DNA of 64,000 nucleotides from Nostoc sp. DedSLP01. GTDB lineage: Bacteria; Cyanobacteriota; Cyanobacteriia; Cyanobacteriales; Nostocaceae. The stretch is from assembly GCA_034530875.2 (NCBI GenBank), contig JAVRCJ020000014.1, forward strand, positions 64,001-128,000. Reading direction: 5' to 3'. Positions 37,962-49,638 of the stretch are shown here, piece after piece (position 1 is the stretch's first letter; every line of letters starts with the position of its first letter). The position numbers and the translations under genes were made by a program. The notes beneath the pieces were generated by a model. That model was not told the DNA's origin and did not search any database. It was given only the letters and a program-made list of their open reading frames with translations.

Positions 37962-38816
37962 TTACTTGGCAACACTGCTAGTTAAACTGGCTGAGGACTC
38001 GCTATATATGTGAAAATTTTGAATCTTGTTACTTTCTAAAACAGCTCTTGCACCTGCCATATAGATATCAGTAGTTTTTAGAAAGACAAGAAAATTGCCA
38101 AGATTCAGTTGATGTTCGTAAGATTTGCTTAGCTCTTCAGGAAATCCTAAAGAGTTATAGTTATCTTTAGTAATTACTGAAACTTGACTCATAGGAAAGC
38201 CAGCTTTCTTGAGTTCAGTAAGTGCTGTGTCTACATCTTGACGCCGAGAAAAAACGCCAAGTCCATGTTTATAGCGACTTTTGGGCGATAAGTATGGTTG
38301 ATAAATGCCCGAATGTTGAATTTTATGGCGATTAAGAATTCTCTGAGCAAAATGAATTTCTATTTCTATACTGGTTACGATCGCTAAATAGTAACCTTTG
38401 AAAACTAAATCGCTATAAACTTGCGCTTGTTCTTGAGGAATTCCCAAACATAGCAGCGCCCCAGTTAAACTACCTGGGGCAATACCGATCGCACCACCAA
38501 TTAAAGTAGTAGCGATCGCTGTTGCCTCTGCTCCTGCTAGCCAAACTTGTCCCATACCAGGAATTGCCAACATATCTATACTGACTAACAAGCTAGCAAG
38601 AGCGCCTAAAGCACTACGAGTAGATTCCTCAGATGTATTGCTAGTATCCTTTTTAACTTCAATCCCAGCAATATGATGTTGTTCTTCTGCCTTGTGCGCA
38701 ATTACAGAAACTTTCTGCATTGGAAAATTTACAGCTTGTAGTTCCTGGAGTGCCAATTCTGCATCTGAACAGCTAGCGAAAACTCCTATAAATTTTCGCT
38801 CTTTTTCTAATGTCAT
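37962..38816 (-). CDS. General stress protein-like (17M/YflT-like duplicated domain)
   Basis: Two GVF...AL.EL...FPM..VSVI units with a Gly-rich hydrophobic centre. Confidence 0.75.
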   Translation of the reverse strand: MTLEKERKFIGVFASCSDAELALQELQAVNFPMQKVSVIAHKAEEQHHIAGIEVKKDTSNTSEESTRSALGALASLLVSIDMLAIPGMGQVWLAGAEATAIATTLIGGAIGIAPGSLTGALLCLGIPQEQAQVYSDLVFKGYYLAIVTSIEIEIHFAQRILNRHKIQHSGIYQPYLSPKSRYKHGLGVFSRRQDVDTALTELKKAGFPMSQVSVITKDNYNSLGFPEELSKSYEHQLNLGNFLVFLKTTDIYMAGARAVLESNKIQNFHIYSESSASLTSSVAK

Positions 38817-38879
38817 GTCATTTTATCTGTTTATTCCGATTGCAAATGATTGCCAAAATTGTTAACTAATCTGAGGTAA

Positions 38880-39158
38880 TTATGCAGCGCTGCGAGTAAG
38901 TAATCCCCAAAGGAAAATCAATAGCATTGCACCAAGAACAGCAAATAAAATGCTACCAAATGATAAAGCTCCTACAGATGCCGCCGCAGCCGAACTACTT
39001 CCTAATAAGATTTGGCCTAAATAACCGCCAACTACAGCTCCGAGGATTCCTAATACAATAGTGGAAAGAATTCCACCGCCTTGACTTCCAGGATAAAAGA
39101 ACTTAGCTAAAGCACCTGCAATTAAACCCAAAACTAGCCAAGCAATGATGTTACCCAT
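38880..39158 (-). CDS. GlsB/YeaQ/YmgE family stress membrane protein
   Basis: IIAWLVLGLIAGALAK...GILGAVVGG. Confidence 0.9.
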   Translation of the reverse strand: MGNIIAWLVLGLIAGALAKFFYPGSQGGGILSTIVLGILGAVVGGYLGQILLGSSSAAAASVGALSFGSILFAVLGAMLLIFLWGLLTRSAA

Positions 39159-39584
39159 ATTATTTTCTCCTTTTTCGTGAAAACGTTATTTGTTTGCTTT
39201 TGACAATTTAATATTACAATTGCTCTCAGAAACCGCTGCTCTATCTAGAGAACTAATATCAAAAATCTTGAGATATTATCTAAATATTTAGAAAAACATA
39301 TTTGCGATCGACTAACCGAAAAATTAGCGAAAACATCCAAAAATCGTATGTTTTCATCTCCAGATAGAACCATAAAAACGCTCCTTTCTACCTTTCGGAT
39401 ATTACTCAAATTCTCTTAGATGAGTATTACCTTTGAATAACTATATATAACGGACAAACATATTTTTTCGTAAAAACATCTGGAGATAGAAGTATTCCTA
39501 ATTGTTTAAAAGTAATCTAGAAACATGCAAACCAATCCGGCGAGCAGAAACGAAGAGATAATTAATCAATATTAGGAGTAAATC

Positions 39585-39767
39585 ATGAGTATCGAAGATA
39601 GAGCAAAAGCTGTTGCTAAAAATATTGAAGGTAAAGCCCAAGAAGTACTTGGTGATGTAACTGGTAACCCTGATGATAAAGCTGAAGGTAAAGCTAAACA
39701 AGCAGAATCACAGGTTCGTCACTCAGTTGAAAATGTCAAAGATGAAGTTAAAAAAGCTGTAGACTAA
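39585..39767 (+). CDS. CsbD family stress protein
   Basis: EGKAQEVLGDVTG...AEGKAKQ; AGGAG RBS. Confidence 0.9.
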   Translation: MSIEDRAKAVAKNIEGKAQEVLGDVTGNPDDKAEGKAKQAESQVRHSVENVKDEVKKAVD

Positions 39768-40107
39768 ACTCAATCTTAACTTGGTAGAAGGTGTAAGTAA
39801 AATTATAATTTGCTGAACCTTCTTCCTTGTTCTAGCTTTATCGAAACAATTGGGTCTAAAATCTTGCCTTTTAAGGCGAAAAGTTTTTGGAACGGGGTAT
39901 AAAATCCTCGTTACAAAAACGGCCTCCAGCAAGAACTGCCCCCTGCCTCCTGCCTTCGTTAAGTGTCCCGATTATTGTCCGGCTTTGATGCAGTACTTTG
40001 TAGCTGAGTGAAGTAAAAAATCGAAAACTCAAAACCAAATTTTGATACTAATCGCTTCCAAAATAACTTTTTAAACTATCACTAGTTTTTTTCAAAGGTG
40101 CTAACTG

Positions 40108-40317
40108 ATGATTAATGTACTATTTACCTATTTTTTGACAGACGTAGCTGTTACATCAGAAGCTAGTTCTAGTTATTCTACAGTATTGACAGGATTATTT
40201 ATAGTTGGCTTTATCGCTGCTGTTACAATAGGTTCCATCGCTTGGTATAATTCCAAACGTCCTGTAGGTTGGGAAGATAAACAACGTCCTGATGTCGTTC
40301 CAGAAGTAGATAAGTAA
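40108..40317 (+). CDS. psb35: Photosystem II assembly protein Psb35-like
   Basis: GFIAAVTIGSIAWYNSKRPVGWE. Confidence 0.7.
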   Translation: MINVLFTYFLTDVAVTSEASSSYSTVLTGLFIVGFIAAVTIGSIAWYNSKRPVGWEDKQRPDVVPEVDK

Positions 40318-40365
40318 TCAAATCTTTGCCTACCTCCTCCTAAGTGTATGTGCTTTCCTAGCTAG

Positions 40366-40400
40366 CGTTCGCAGGTTAAATCCGCGAACGTCTTTTTTTT
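40366..40400 (+). terminator. Rho-independent terminator
   Basis: cgttcgc...gcgaacg followed by a T run. Confidence 0.65.
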
Positions 40401-40651
40401 AGGGAACAGTTCCATCCTTAAAAAGCAATAGGGAACACAAATTATTGTTGTAACTTTTTAATCAGCGCAACAATCATTCGACTTTAACAAGAAAGAATTC
40501 AAGAGTCAGAATTCTCCAATTGAATTCTGTGCGACTGGCGCATGAATAAACTCTTTTTATTCCCCCACCAAATCATAGATTTGGTGGTCTTAAATCAGTC
40601 CTGGGTCTAAATACCTTAAGCATTGCTGAATTCTAAATTCTGAGTTCTGAT

Positions 40652-41617
40652 TTAAGATGTTTGCTGCATTTCGGTATATGCTTCATAAACACCCTTGACG
40701 TTGTACCAGTTGAGAAAAATTCGGGCAATTTCTAAAGCTAATTGTGGTTTTCCTAAGTTAATTAGCCATTGCAAAAACGGAGCCATTGTTCGTTCATTTA
40801 GCGCACCATTAACTGAAAGAATGCCCCAAAGTAAGCGATGCAACCAAGTCATTTGAATCATCATTCGTACTTCCCATGTGGGATGTTTTTGATAAAACAA
40901 AACTCCCATCCGACCGCGTTGAATTTCTTTGTCAATTAAGCTGGTAATTTGTTCTAAATTAAATGGTGGATGCCAATGATAGCCTACAGCTTCCGGACAT
41001 TTAATTAGTGCCAAACCTAAGTTTTTCAGCCGCACGCCTAACTCTAAATCTTCCCAGCCATAGAGTTGGAAACTCGTGTCAAAAAGTCCCGCTTTTTCTA
41101 GCCAATGTTTAGGAATCGCTACATTTCCCGTAGCAAAAAAAGCTGCTGAGAAATCTGTGACTTTATAAGGTTCAGCCGTTGGATTCTCAAAATTGCAAGT
41201 ATTGATAACTGCACCGTAAGTAAAAAAGCGATCGCTCCCCAATTTCTCTTTTCCCTGCATCAGTGCGTTACTATGAGCTTGCAGGAAATTCTTCAGCACA
41301 ACTAAATCGCTATCAATAAAGATAATTGTGTCTCCTCGCGCCTGTTCTACCCCCAAATTCCGCGCCGCCGCAGGCCCCGCATGATCCTGCTGAAACCATC
41401 GCACATGGGGAAACTCTTCTTTGTGTGCCGTAAACCACTCCAACGTGCCATCAGTAGAACCATCATCCACCAAGACAATCTCGTAATCAGTTACCATTGA
41501 CTGATTAAATTCCTGCACTTCCAAAGCACGAAGGCACTTTTCCAAAATCGGTTGGCGATTATAAGTCGGTATCACAACGCTGAAAAACACAGTCTCACCC
41601 ACAACACATTTACCCAT
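40652..41617 (-). CDS. Glycosyltransferase family 2
   Basis: SVVIPTYN, DDGSTD, DSD and YGWED motifs. Confidence 0.92.
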   Translation of the reverse strand: MGKCVVGETVFFSVVIPTYNRQPILEKCLRALEVQEFNQSMVTDYEIVLVDDGSTDGTLEWFTAHKEEFPHVRWFQQDHAGPAAARNLGVEQARGDTIIFIDSDLVVLKNFLQAHSNALMQGKEKLGSDRFFTYGAVINTCNFENPTAEPYKVTDFSAAFFATGNVAIPKHWLEKAGLFDTSFQLYGWEDLELGVRLKNLGLALIKCPEAVGYHWHPPFNLEQITSLIDKEIQRGRMGVLFYQKHPTWEVRMMIQMTWLHRLLWGILSVNGALNERTMAPFLQWLINLGKPQLALEIARIFLNWYNVKGVYEAYTEMQQTS

Positions 41618-41699
41618 CTCCAGGATAGGACAGATGGGGCGCTGACTCTGTTCCTTACCTGATTTTGCTTACGTAAGATGTAAGCTTTAATAATTTATA

Positions 41700-41729
41700 G
41701 TTAATCAATATATAACCTACAGTTAATCT
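41700..41729 (+). promoter_or_regulatory. Putative Pho box (SphR/PhoB site)
   Basis: gttaatca-ata-tataacct-aca-gttaatct: three 8-mers at 11-bp spacing upstream of phoX. Confidence 0.7.
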
Positions 41730-41985
41730 TAGTACAATATTTTATTAACTCGTAGCGAATTCTCTGCGTACCTTTGCGGTTACCTCTGCGTTCCTCTGCG
41801 TTTAAATTTCAACCCCCAATTCGCTACGAACTCATGCAAAGCTCTATTGACTAAACTATGGTTAATAATAAATTAATTATTTTTATGCATATTTAAAACT
41901 AATTTCATCAAGTTAAAAGTTTTTATATTAACTCAATAGAATTTGTTTCTACTAAATTTTTTCTGTCACATCAGAGGCAAGCTTA

Positions 41986-44325
41986 ATGTCTAAATTGAGT
42001 CGTAGAGAACTTTTAATATTTTTTGCTGGCACTGCTGGCGCTGCTGTTTTCAAAGACAAACTCCTCAACAATATTGGCAAGATTGCAGAAGCGAAAACAG
42101 CGCCACTGAGCTTTACACCTATACGCCTACCACATCCTCTACCAATTTATCAACAGCAGAAAAATTTCTTGCCCACAAAAATTGGTGCAGGAGAAGTAGT
42201 TAATGCATCTGCCGATGTGAAATTAACTAGCTACAACGTTCTTGATGATGTGGTAGTGCCGCCAGAGTACGAACGTTATATCATCGTTAGTTGGGGCGAT
42301 CGCGTATTTCCTAACAAAGACGATTATTTCGGCTATAACAACGATTTTACTGCTTTTATTCCCCTTGGTAAAACTAATGATGTCGGCTATTTATGGGTTA
42401 ATCATGAATACATTAGTTTTCCCTTTTCTACTTTAGCCGTAGAAGATTCCTCTGATGTAAAAGTATTACCCGACGCATTTGAAAGCGTCATCGGCTGGGC
42501 TTTACCATCCACCAAAAATATTGAAGCCCAAGGCGAATTTTTATATAACCAAGGCGGCTCAATTATCCGCATCTCTCGCCAGAATGCAAGTAAACGTTTT
42601 GTTGTCCTCAAAGATGACAAAAATCGTCGCCTTCATGGTCTTTCGGGATTGGGAATCAATAGCCAACGCAATGATGACTACAAAAATATCACAGCTTGGG
42701 GAAGTCGCAAGCACCAAAAAGGCGATCGCAATTATTTAATTGCAACTGGTCCCGCTGCAACCCAAGTTTTCAACCTCTCCACTGACGAACTAGGTAACAA
42801 AATTATTGGTACTGCCTTCAACTGTTCTGGTGGTAAAACTCCTTGGGGAACAATTTTATCTGCGGAAGAGAACTTCCAAAGCACCGTTACAGAAGCAGTC
42901 ACAGCTAATGGAACTCAGACAGATTATACAGATAAAACTATCGGTAAGACTTTTGGATTGGTTGGTGAAAAATACGGCTGGATTGTAGAAATTGACCCCA
43001 CAAATCCGAAATTTCGTCCCCGCAAACATACTTGGTTAGGTCGTTTTCGCCATGAGAATATTGCCATGCGTGCTGAAAAAGGTAAAAAATTAGTTGCTTA
43101 CTTAGGTGATGACAGACGTGGGGGACACACTTGGAAATATATCAGTGCTAACACTATCTCTTCACCAACCAGTAAAAGCAACAGCAAGTTATGGGAAAAT
43201 GGAACTTTGTACGTCGCCCGCTACAATCCAGACGGTACAGGTAAATGGATACCGTTACTTTTAAGCACTGCTACCAATCCAATTGCACCAACAGTTCTAT
43301 CCTCTGTAGAATTTGCAGCATTGCAGAAAGCCCAAAAAGAAGGTCTTTTATCGCTACCGAAACGTAAAAATATTGCAGAACAAAGTGAAGATGGTGGTAT
43401 TTTTAAATGCGATCGCAATAACGAAGCAAAAGCACTACCTGATTATCAAAACAAAAAGCTATCTGACTTCTACTCTAGCCAAGGTGCCGTACTCGCTGAC
43501 GCCTTTTTAGCTGCAAACTTAGTCGGTGGAACTCCCACAGCGCGTCCAGAAGATATAGAAGTGCATCCAGCCACCAAAGAAGTATTCATTGCCTATACTG
43601 ATGGTGCCCCGGGTAGCGATGGTTATCCTGATTCGCGGATTTTTCAAGTTGCCAAATTAAGTACAGATGTCAATGCAACTCAGCAATCAGGAGGACTGTA
43701 CAAGATTATCGAAGATAGTGCTGATGGTACACGTTTAACCTTTAAATGGCACAGATTCGCCCAAGGTGGCGAAGCCGGGTCTGTGAATGGTGCTGGTTTT
43801 GCCAACGTCGATAATTTAGTTTTCGACGATCGCGCAAATATTTGGGGCGTCACAGATATGCCTAGCAACACTCATAATGGTTTTGATGTCGGTGCTGAAG
43901 GTAAGCAAACCAAAATCGAGCGCACAGCTAGCGGTAATGTTTCTGATTTGACAGGAGTTTTCGGCAATAACTGGTTGTTTTATATTCCTACCAGCGGTGC
44001 AAATGCCGGACAAGTCATACCCTTTGCATCTGGGCCAGTGCGTTGCGAAATGACAGGGCCAAGTTTTGTTGGGAATACGCTGATTATTTCAGTACAGCAT
44101 CCTGGTGAAGATTGCCCAATTAATGATGGCACGATTCTGAGTCGCAACATTGAATTATTAGATTTGAATGGTAGTACATTCAATCAAACTCGCAGTTTAC
44201 CTCGTGGCAGTAGTTGGCCGAGTAATATTTCTAAAGCTGATGGTGGAAAAGAGCAAGCTACAGGTATTCCCCGACCATCTGTAATTGCTATCCGCCCAAA
44301 AAATCAAGGCAGCAAATTTATTTAA
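41986..44325 (+). CDS. phoX: PhoX-family (DUF839) alkaline phosphatase, Tat-exported, copy 1
   Basis: SRRELL Tat motif; VNHEY, NCSGG, GRFRHE, RPED and VQHPGE motifs. Confidence 0.9.
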   Translation: MSKLSRRELLIFFAGTAGAAVFKDKLLNNIGKIAEAKTAPLSFTPIRLPHPLPIYQQQKNFLPTKIGAGEVVNASADVKLTSYNVLDDVVVPPEYERYIIVSWGDRVFPNKDDYFGYNNDFTAFIPLGKTNDVGYLWVNHEYISFPFSTLAVEDSSDVKVLPDAFESVIGWALPSTKNIEAQGEFLYNQGGSIIRISRQNASKRFVVLKDDKNRRLHGLSGLGINSQRNDDYKNITAWGSRKHQKGDRNYLIATGPAATQVFNLSTDELGNKIIGTAFNCSGGKTPWGTILSAEENFQSTVTEAVTANGTQTDYTDKTIGKTFGLVGEKYGWIVEIDPTNPKFRPRKHTWLGRFRHENIAMRAEKGKKLVAYLGDDRRGGHTWKYISANTISSPTSKSNSKLWENGTLYVARYNPDGTGKWIPLLLSTATNPIAPTVLSSVEFAALQKAQKEGLLSLPKRKNIAEQSEDGGIFKCDRNNEAKALPDYQNKKLSDFYSSQGAVLADAFLAANLVGGTPTARPEDIEVHPATKEVFIAYTDGAPGSDGYPDSRIFQVAKLSTDVNATQQSGGLYKIIEDSADGTRLTFKWHRFAQGGEAGSVNGAGFANVDNLVFDDRANIWGVTDMPSNTHNGFDVGAEGKQTKIERTASGNVSDLTGVFGNNWLFYIPTSGANAGQVIPFASGPVRCEMTGPSFVGNTLIISVQHPGEDCPINDGTILSRNIELLDLNGSTFNQTRSLPRGSSWPSNISKADGGKEQATGIPRPSVIAIRPKNQGSKFI

Positions 44326-44711
44326 ACTGACAACCCACGTACATTGGTTTTGTCTGTGTAACTGCCAATTGAATCCATCAAATTATATCATTTTTGGCTA
44401 ATCACTTGTGATTAAAATTTCTCTGCGTCCGAGCGTCCCCATGTCCCCCCGTCAGCCTAAATAGACATCTCCAGAAATTAATTCTGCGTTACCCGAAATC
44501 TTTGTAGAGACATAGCATTGCTACGTCTCTAAATTCCTTTTCACTCCTATGTCTAAATAATAAGTCTTCAAACCAACACGATATTAGAGGTCTTTTGATA
44601 ACAGTCAGATGTTTTTTTTGAATTCTAACTTAATCTATTCTGACTTTTTATTTTTAAATTCTCTGGGTAACAAAGATTTGAGTCAGTAGAGAATAAACAG
44701 AATAAATCTCT

Positions 44712-44741
44712 ATTAATCAAGATATAACCTAACCTTAATTT
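44712..44741 (+). promoter_or_regulatory. Putative Pho box
   Basis: attaatca-aga-tataacct-aac-cttaattt. Confidence 0.7.
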
Positions 44742-44939
44742 TTGCTGATTAAATTCTATGACAAACTGAAAAATTTTTGTCTAGTTAATTAACCGAAATC
44801 ACAAACAAAGTTTTGTTAATAGCAGGTTATTAACTAATCAAAAATTGTGGTATTTCACATTAACAATTCATGGCTTTTTCTGCCAGTAACCAAGATTTGT
44901 CTTTACGAGATTTTTCATGTCACAAGCGAGGAGAGTTTG

Positions 44940-47300
44940 ATGTCTACATTGAGTCGCAGACAAATTTTAATGTTTTTTGCTGGCAGTGCTGGTGCTGCTG
45001 TGTTGGGAGACACCATTCTAGATGGTATTTCTAATGTTGCAGAAGCAACAAAAAAACGACTGAGCTTTACACCAGTACGTTTACCCCATCCCCTACCCGC
45101 TTATCAAAAGCTGAAAAGTTTCTTACCAACGAAAATCGGTCAGGGACAAGTACTCAATGCATCTGGAAATGTAAGGTTAAATAGCTACAACGTTATTGAT
45201 GATGTAGTAGTACCACCAGAGTACGAACGTTATGTAATTGTTAGTTGGGGCGATCGCGTATTTCCTAACAGCGATGATTATTTTGGCTACAACTGCGACT
45301 ATACAGGTTTTATTCCCCTTGGCAGAACCAATGACGTCGGCTATTTGTGGGTCAATCACGAATACATCAGTTTTCCTTTTTCCGATTTAGCACCAGAAGC
45401 TCCAGCTGATGTTAAAGGATTACCCAGCACCTTTGAATCAGTCATTGGCCGGGCTTTACCTAGCACTAGAGGCGTGGAATTTGACGGCGAAGCATTGTAT
45501 AACTTAGGCGGTTCAATCGTCCGCATCTCCAGACGTAATTTTAATAAACGTTATGCTGTGGTTAAAGGTGATGCGAGAAACCGCCGCATTCACGGCCTTT
45601 CTGGGTTAGGAATTAATAGCCAAAGGACTGATGAATATAAAAACATTACTTCTTGGGGAAGTCGCAGCTACCAAAAAGGCGATCGCAACTATTTAATTGC
45701 AACTGGCCCGGCCGCTACCCAAGTATTTAACCTCTCCTCTGACGGACTAGGTAACAAAATTATTGGCACTGCCTATAACTGTTCTGGCGGTACAACTCCT
45801 TGGGGAACTATTTTAAGTGGGGAAGAAAACTTTCAAGGAAGTTCGGGATCTTTCGTTGGTGTCACAGAATCAGTCAACCCTAATGGTACTCAAACAGGTT
45901 ACACCGATGGTACTACAGGTAAAACCTTCGGCTTAGTTGGAGAAAAATACGGTTGGATTGTGGAAATTGACCCCGTTAATCCAGATTTCCGCCCTCGCAA
46001 ACATACTTCGTTGGGTCGTTTCCGCCACGAAAACGTCGCCATCCGTGCCGAAGCTAAAAAGCCATTAATCGCCTATATGGGTGATGACAGGCGTGGGGGA
46101 CACACCTGGAAATTTGTTAGTGCAGGTGTAATTTCTTCACCAACCAGTAAAGCCAACAGTAGTTTGTGGGAAAACGGTACTTTATATGTCGCCCGCTACA
46201 ATCCAGATGGTACCGGTCGATGGATACCTTTAACATTGAACACTCCCACCAATCCTATTGCCCCATCGGTGATTTCTTCTGTGGAGTTTGCCGCTTTGGG
46301 TTCCGCGCAAAGAAATGGCCTTTTACTCCTACCAAAACGCAATGGGATTGCACGTCAAACTACAGATGGTGGTTCCCTCGCAGTCGATCGCACCAATGAA
46401 GCCCAAAGACTACCTGATTATCAAGGTAAAAAACTATCTAACTTCTACACTTCCCAAGGTGCTATCCTCGTTGATGCTTTCTTAGCAGCAAACTTAGCCG
46501 GCGGCACCCCTACCGCCCGCCCAGAAGATTTGGAAGTCCATCCAATCACCAAAGAAGTGTTCATTGCTTATACCGATGGTGCCCCAGGAAGCGACGGTTA
46601 TCCAGATTCGCGTATTTTCCAGGTTGCTAAGTTAAGTACAAATCCTAACGCGACTCAACAATCTGGAGGATTGTACAAAATTATTGAAGATAGCGCCGAT
46701 GGTACCGGTCTAACCTTCCGTTGGCAGAGATTTGCCCAAGGCGGAGAAGCCGGATCGATTTCTGGTACTGGTTTTGCCAATGTAGATAACCTAGTGTTCG
46801 ATAACAAAGCAAATATTTGGGGTGTCACGGATATGTCTACCGACACTCACAATGGTTTTGGCCTTGGTGCTGCTGCAACTCCAACTACCATTAACCACAC
46901 AGTTAGCGGTAATGTTGCTTCCTTTACTGGGGTTTTTGGTAATAACTGGCTATTCTACATTCCTACAACCGGTAGTCATGCTGGAGAGTTAATACCATTC
47001 GCTTACGGCCCGGTGCGTTGTGAGATGACTGGTCCAACCTTTGTAGAAGATACTCTAATTATTTCCGTACAGCATCCCGGTGAAAATTGTCCGATTAATG
47101 ACGGAACGATACTAAGCCGCGATATTGAATTACTCGATTTGAATGGTGTTACATTCAATCAAGCTCGTACTGTACCTCGTGGCAGTAGTTGGCCGAGTAA
47201 CATCCAAACTGCTGACGGTGGTAAGGGTCAACCTAAAGGTCTTCCCAAACCTGCGGTGATTGCCATCAAACGCAAGCATCCTACTGGTAGCTTTACTTAA
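44940..47300 (+). CDS. phoX: PhoX-family alkaline phosphatase, copy 2
   Basis: Same motifs as copy 1; ATG at 44940 after GGAG aligns with the paralogue start (MSTLSRRQ). Confidence 0.9.
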   Translation: MSTLSRRQILMFFAGSAGAAVLGDTILDGISNVAEATKKRLSFTPVRLPHPLPAYQKLKSFLPTKIGQGQVLNASGNVRLNSYNVIDDVVVPPEYERYVIVSWGDRVFPNSDDYFGYNCDYTGFIPLGRTNDVGYLWVNHEYISFPFSDLAPEAPADVKGLPSTFESVIGRALPSTRGVEFDGEALYNLGGSIVRISRRNFNKRYAVVKGDARNRRIHGLSGLGINSQRTDEYKNITSWGSRSYQKGDRNYLIATGPAATQVFNLSSDGLGNKIIGTAYNCSGGTTPWGTILSGEENFQGSSGSFVGVTESVNPNGTQTGYTDGTTGKTFGLVGEKYGWIVEIDPVNPDFRPRKHTSLGRFRHENVAIRAEAKKPLIAYMGDDRRGGHTWKFVSAGVISSPTSKANSSLWENGTLYVARYNPDGTGRWIPLTLNTPTNPIAPSVISSVEFAALGSAQRNGLLLLPKRNGIARQTTDGGSLAVDRTNEAQRLPDYQGKKLSNFYTSQGAILVDAFLAANLAGGTPTARPEDLEVHPITKEVFIAYTDGAPGSDGYPDSRIFQVAKLSTNPNATQQSGGLYKIIEDSADGTGLTFRWQRFAQGGEAGSISGTGFANVDNLVFDNKANIWGVTDMSTDTHNGFGLGAAATPTTINHTVSGNVASFTGVFGNNWLFYIPTTGSHAGELIPFAYGPVRCEMTGPTFVEDTLIISVQHPGENCPINDGTILSRDIELLDLNGVTFNQARTVPRGSSWPSNIQTADGGKGQPKGLPKPAVIAIKRKHPTGSFT

Positions 47301-47308
47301 AAAATGAG

Positions 47309-47339
47309 TGTAGAGACGTTAAATAATAACGTCTCTACA
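47309..47339. repeat. GTAG-type REP-like palindrome, possibly a terminator
   Basis: tgtagagacgtt-aaataat-aacgtctctaca; relative at about 44503-44530. Confidence 0.7.
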
Positions 47340-47673
47340 TTCTTCAATTTTCTCAGCTGTCTATCAACTTTGTGTAAAGCGATCGCAATAAATACAATCT
47401 GTTATGTTGATATTTGTAGCGATTATCAACACTTGCTGACAGCAAACTTTTGGCAAGCAAAAGTTATTTTGCATTCAAAACATTGAGACATTGGAAACTA
47501 GATCGAAAAATATTTATATACGAGCGATCGCTTTATTAGCAAACTCCGATTAAAACTTCTGGCTTTTGAATTCTGGCTTTGAACTCCCATTAGTTATTGT
47601 ATAAATAAAATATAGATGGATTAGTTTCGATATAATAATGACTCATTCTTTGTTTTCCTAACTGGAGAAATTA

Positions 47674-48876
47674 ATGGGTCGCGCCAAAAAGGTTGTTCTG
47701 GCATATTCTGGCGGAGTAGATACCTCTGTTTGCATTCCTTACCTGAAAAATGAGTGGGGTGTAGAAGAGGTAATTACCCTAGCAGCAGATTTAGGTCAGG
47801 GAGATGAGTTAGAGCCAATCAGAGAAAAAGCTCTGAAATCGGGTGCAAGTGAATCCTTAGTTGCGGATGTTAAAGAAAGCTTCGTTAAAGATTACGCCTT
47901 TGGAGCAATTCAAGCCAACGCGCTTTATGAAAATCGTTATCCACTAGGAACTGCCCTTGCCCGTCCGTTGATTGCCAAGATATTAGTAGAAACAGCCGAA
48001 AAATACGGTGCTGATGCGATCGCTCACGGTTGTACTGGCAAAGGTAACGATCAAGTCCGCTTTGATGTCTCTGTTACCGCCCTCAACCCCAACATCAAGA
48101 TCCTCGCGCCAGCCAGAGAATGGGGAATGAGCCGTGAGGAAACCATCGCCTATGGTGAAAAGTTTGGTATTCCCTCACCAGTCAAAAAATCTTCTCCCTA
48201 CAGTATTGATAAGAATTTACTCGGTCGCAGTATTGAAGCTGGTTTACTCGAAGATCCTTCATTCGAGCCACCAGAAGAAATCTATGAAATGACCAAAGCG
48301 ATCGCCAACACTCCCAACGAACCAGAGTACATCGAAATTGGTTTCCATCGCGGTATTCCCACCACCCTCAACGGTGCAGCCAAACAGCCAGTTGAGCTAA
48401 TTGAACAACTCAATCAGCTTGTAGGAAATCATGGTGTTGGACGGATTGATACGATCGAAAACCGTCTAGTAGGCATAAAATCGCGGGAGATTTACGAATC
48501 ACCCGCGATGTTAGTCCTAATTCACGCACATAGGGATTTGGAAAGTTTGACTTTGACAGCAGATGTCACTCATTACAAACGTGGGATTGAAGATACTTAC
48601 AGCCAAATCGTTTACAACGGTCTGTGGTACAGTCCACTAAAAGCTGCACTCGATGCTTTTATTCAAAAGACACAAGAGCAAGTATCTGGAACTGTGCGGG
48701 TGAAGTTGTTCAAAGCTAATGCCACCATAGTTGGACGCTCTAGCGATAATTCCCTCTACAGTCCCGATCTGGCAACCTATGGAGCCGAAGACCAATTCGA
48801 TCATAAAGCTGCCGAGGGCTTTATCTACGTTTGGGGATTACCAACTCGCATTTGGTCGCAGAAAACGAGAAGTTAG
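47674..48876 (+). CDS. argG: Argininosuccinate synthase
   Basis: AYSGGVDTS and [13 protein letters not shown] motifs. Confidence 0.97.
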   Translation: MGRAKKVVLAYSGGVDTSVCIPYLKNEWGVEEVITLAADLGQGDELEPIREKALKSGASESLVADVKESFVKDYAFGAIQANALYENRYPLGTALARPLIAKILVETAEKYGADAIAHGCTGKGNDQVRFDVSVTALNPNIKILAPAREWGMSREETIAYGEKFGIPSPVKKSSPYSIDKNLLGRSIEAGLLEDPSFEPPEEIYEMTKAIANTPNEPEYIEIGFHRGIPTTLNGAAKQPVELIEQLNQLVGNHGVGRIDTIENRLVGIKSREIYESPAMLVLIHAHRDLESLTLTADVTHYKRGIEDTYSQIVYNGLWYSPLKAALDAFIQKTQEQVSGTVRVKLFKANATIVGRSSDNSLYSPDLATYGAEDQFDHKAAEGFIYVWGLPTRIWSQKTRS

Positions 48877-49005
48877 GAGTTAGGAGTTAGGAGTTAAGAG
48901 GTAAAAATTCCCAAATTCAAGAATTCAAACTAAAAAAATAACTTTTTTACTCTATTCCTAACTCCTCACTCCCCACTCCTCACTCTCTATTTCACTGCTA
49001 ACTCT

Positions 49006-49638
49006 TCACTCTTCGCTCCCCACTTCTTTAACTTGACGAGACTCCAGCCATACTGGGACAAAAATTAAAGCCGCTATGATAAATAGTGCTGCGATTGCAA
49101 ATTGACTTACCCAAGCAACCAATTGTTCTAGGGAGATAATTTTGCCAGCAAAGAAAGCTAATGTCACCATCAAGCTAGCCCAAGCAACTGCCCCTAAAAA
49201 GTTGTATAAAAAGAATTTTGCGAAAGGAATTTCGGCTATCCCAGCTAGTGGTGCAGCAAAAACCCGTAGCAAAGCTAGAAAACGTCCAAAAAATATTGCT
49301 TTTGCACTATTTTGACTAAATTGTTCTTTAATATTCAGCATTCGCACTTCCGAAATCCGAAAGATGCTACCAAATTTTACTAGAAAAGACCAACCGCTAA
49401 CTCTACCAACCCAATAACCACAAGTACCGCCAATTACGGCACCCATAATTGCGTCACCGAGAACAAGCCAGTAATTCAGTTCGTCGCTACCAGCTAAAAA
49501 TCCGCCCACTAAGGTTACGGTTTCGCCAGGAACGGGAAGGCCTAAATTTTCTAGCAAAATTCCCAAAAAGATTGCCCAATAGCCGTAGTTATGAGCGACT
49601 TCCTGGATGTTTTCTAGTGAAATAAGTTCTAAAGACAT
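49006..49638 (-). CDS. DedA family membrane protein
   Basis: LENLGLPVPGE and FFGRF motifs. Confidence 0.92.
   Translation of the reverse strand: MSLELISLENIQEVAHNYGYWAIFLGILLENLGLPVPGETVTLVGGFLAGSDELNYWLVLGDAIMGAVIGGTCGYWVGRVSGWSFLVKFGSIFRISEVRMLNIKEQFSQNSAKAIFFGRFLALLRVFAAPLAGIAEIPFAKFFLYNFLGAVAWASLMVTLAFFAGKIISLEQLVAWVSQFAIAALFIIAALIFVPVWLESRQVKEVGSEE

Noticed and set aside
41986..47300. Assembly artefact duplication of phoX
   Set aside because: The copies differ by many synonymous and non-synonymous changes and indels, so they are true paralogues.
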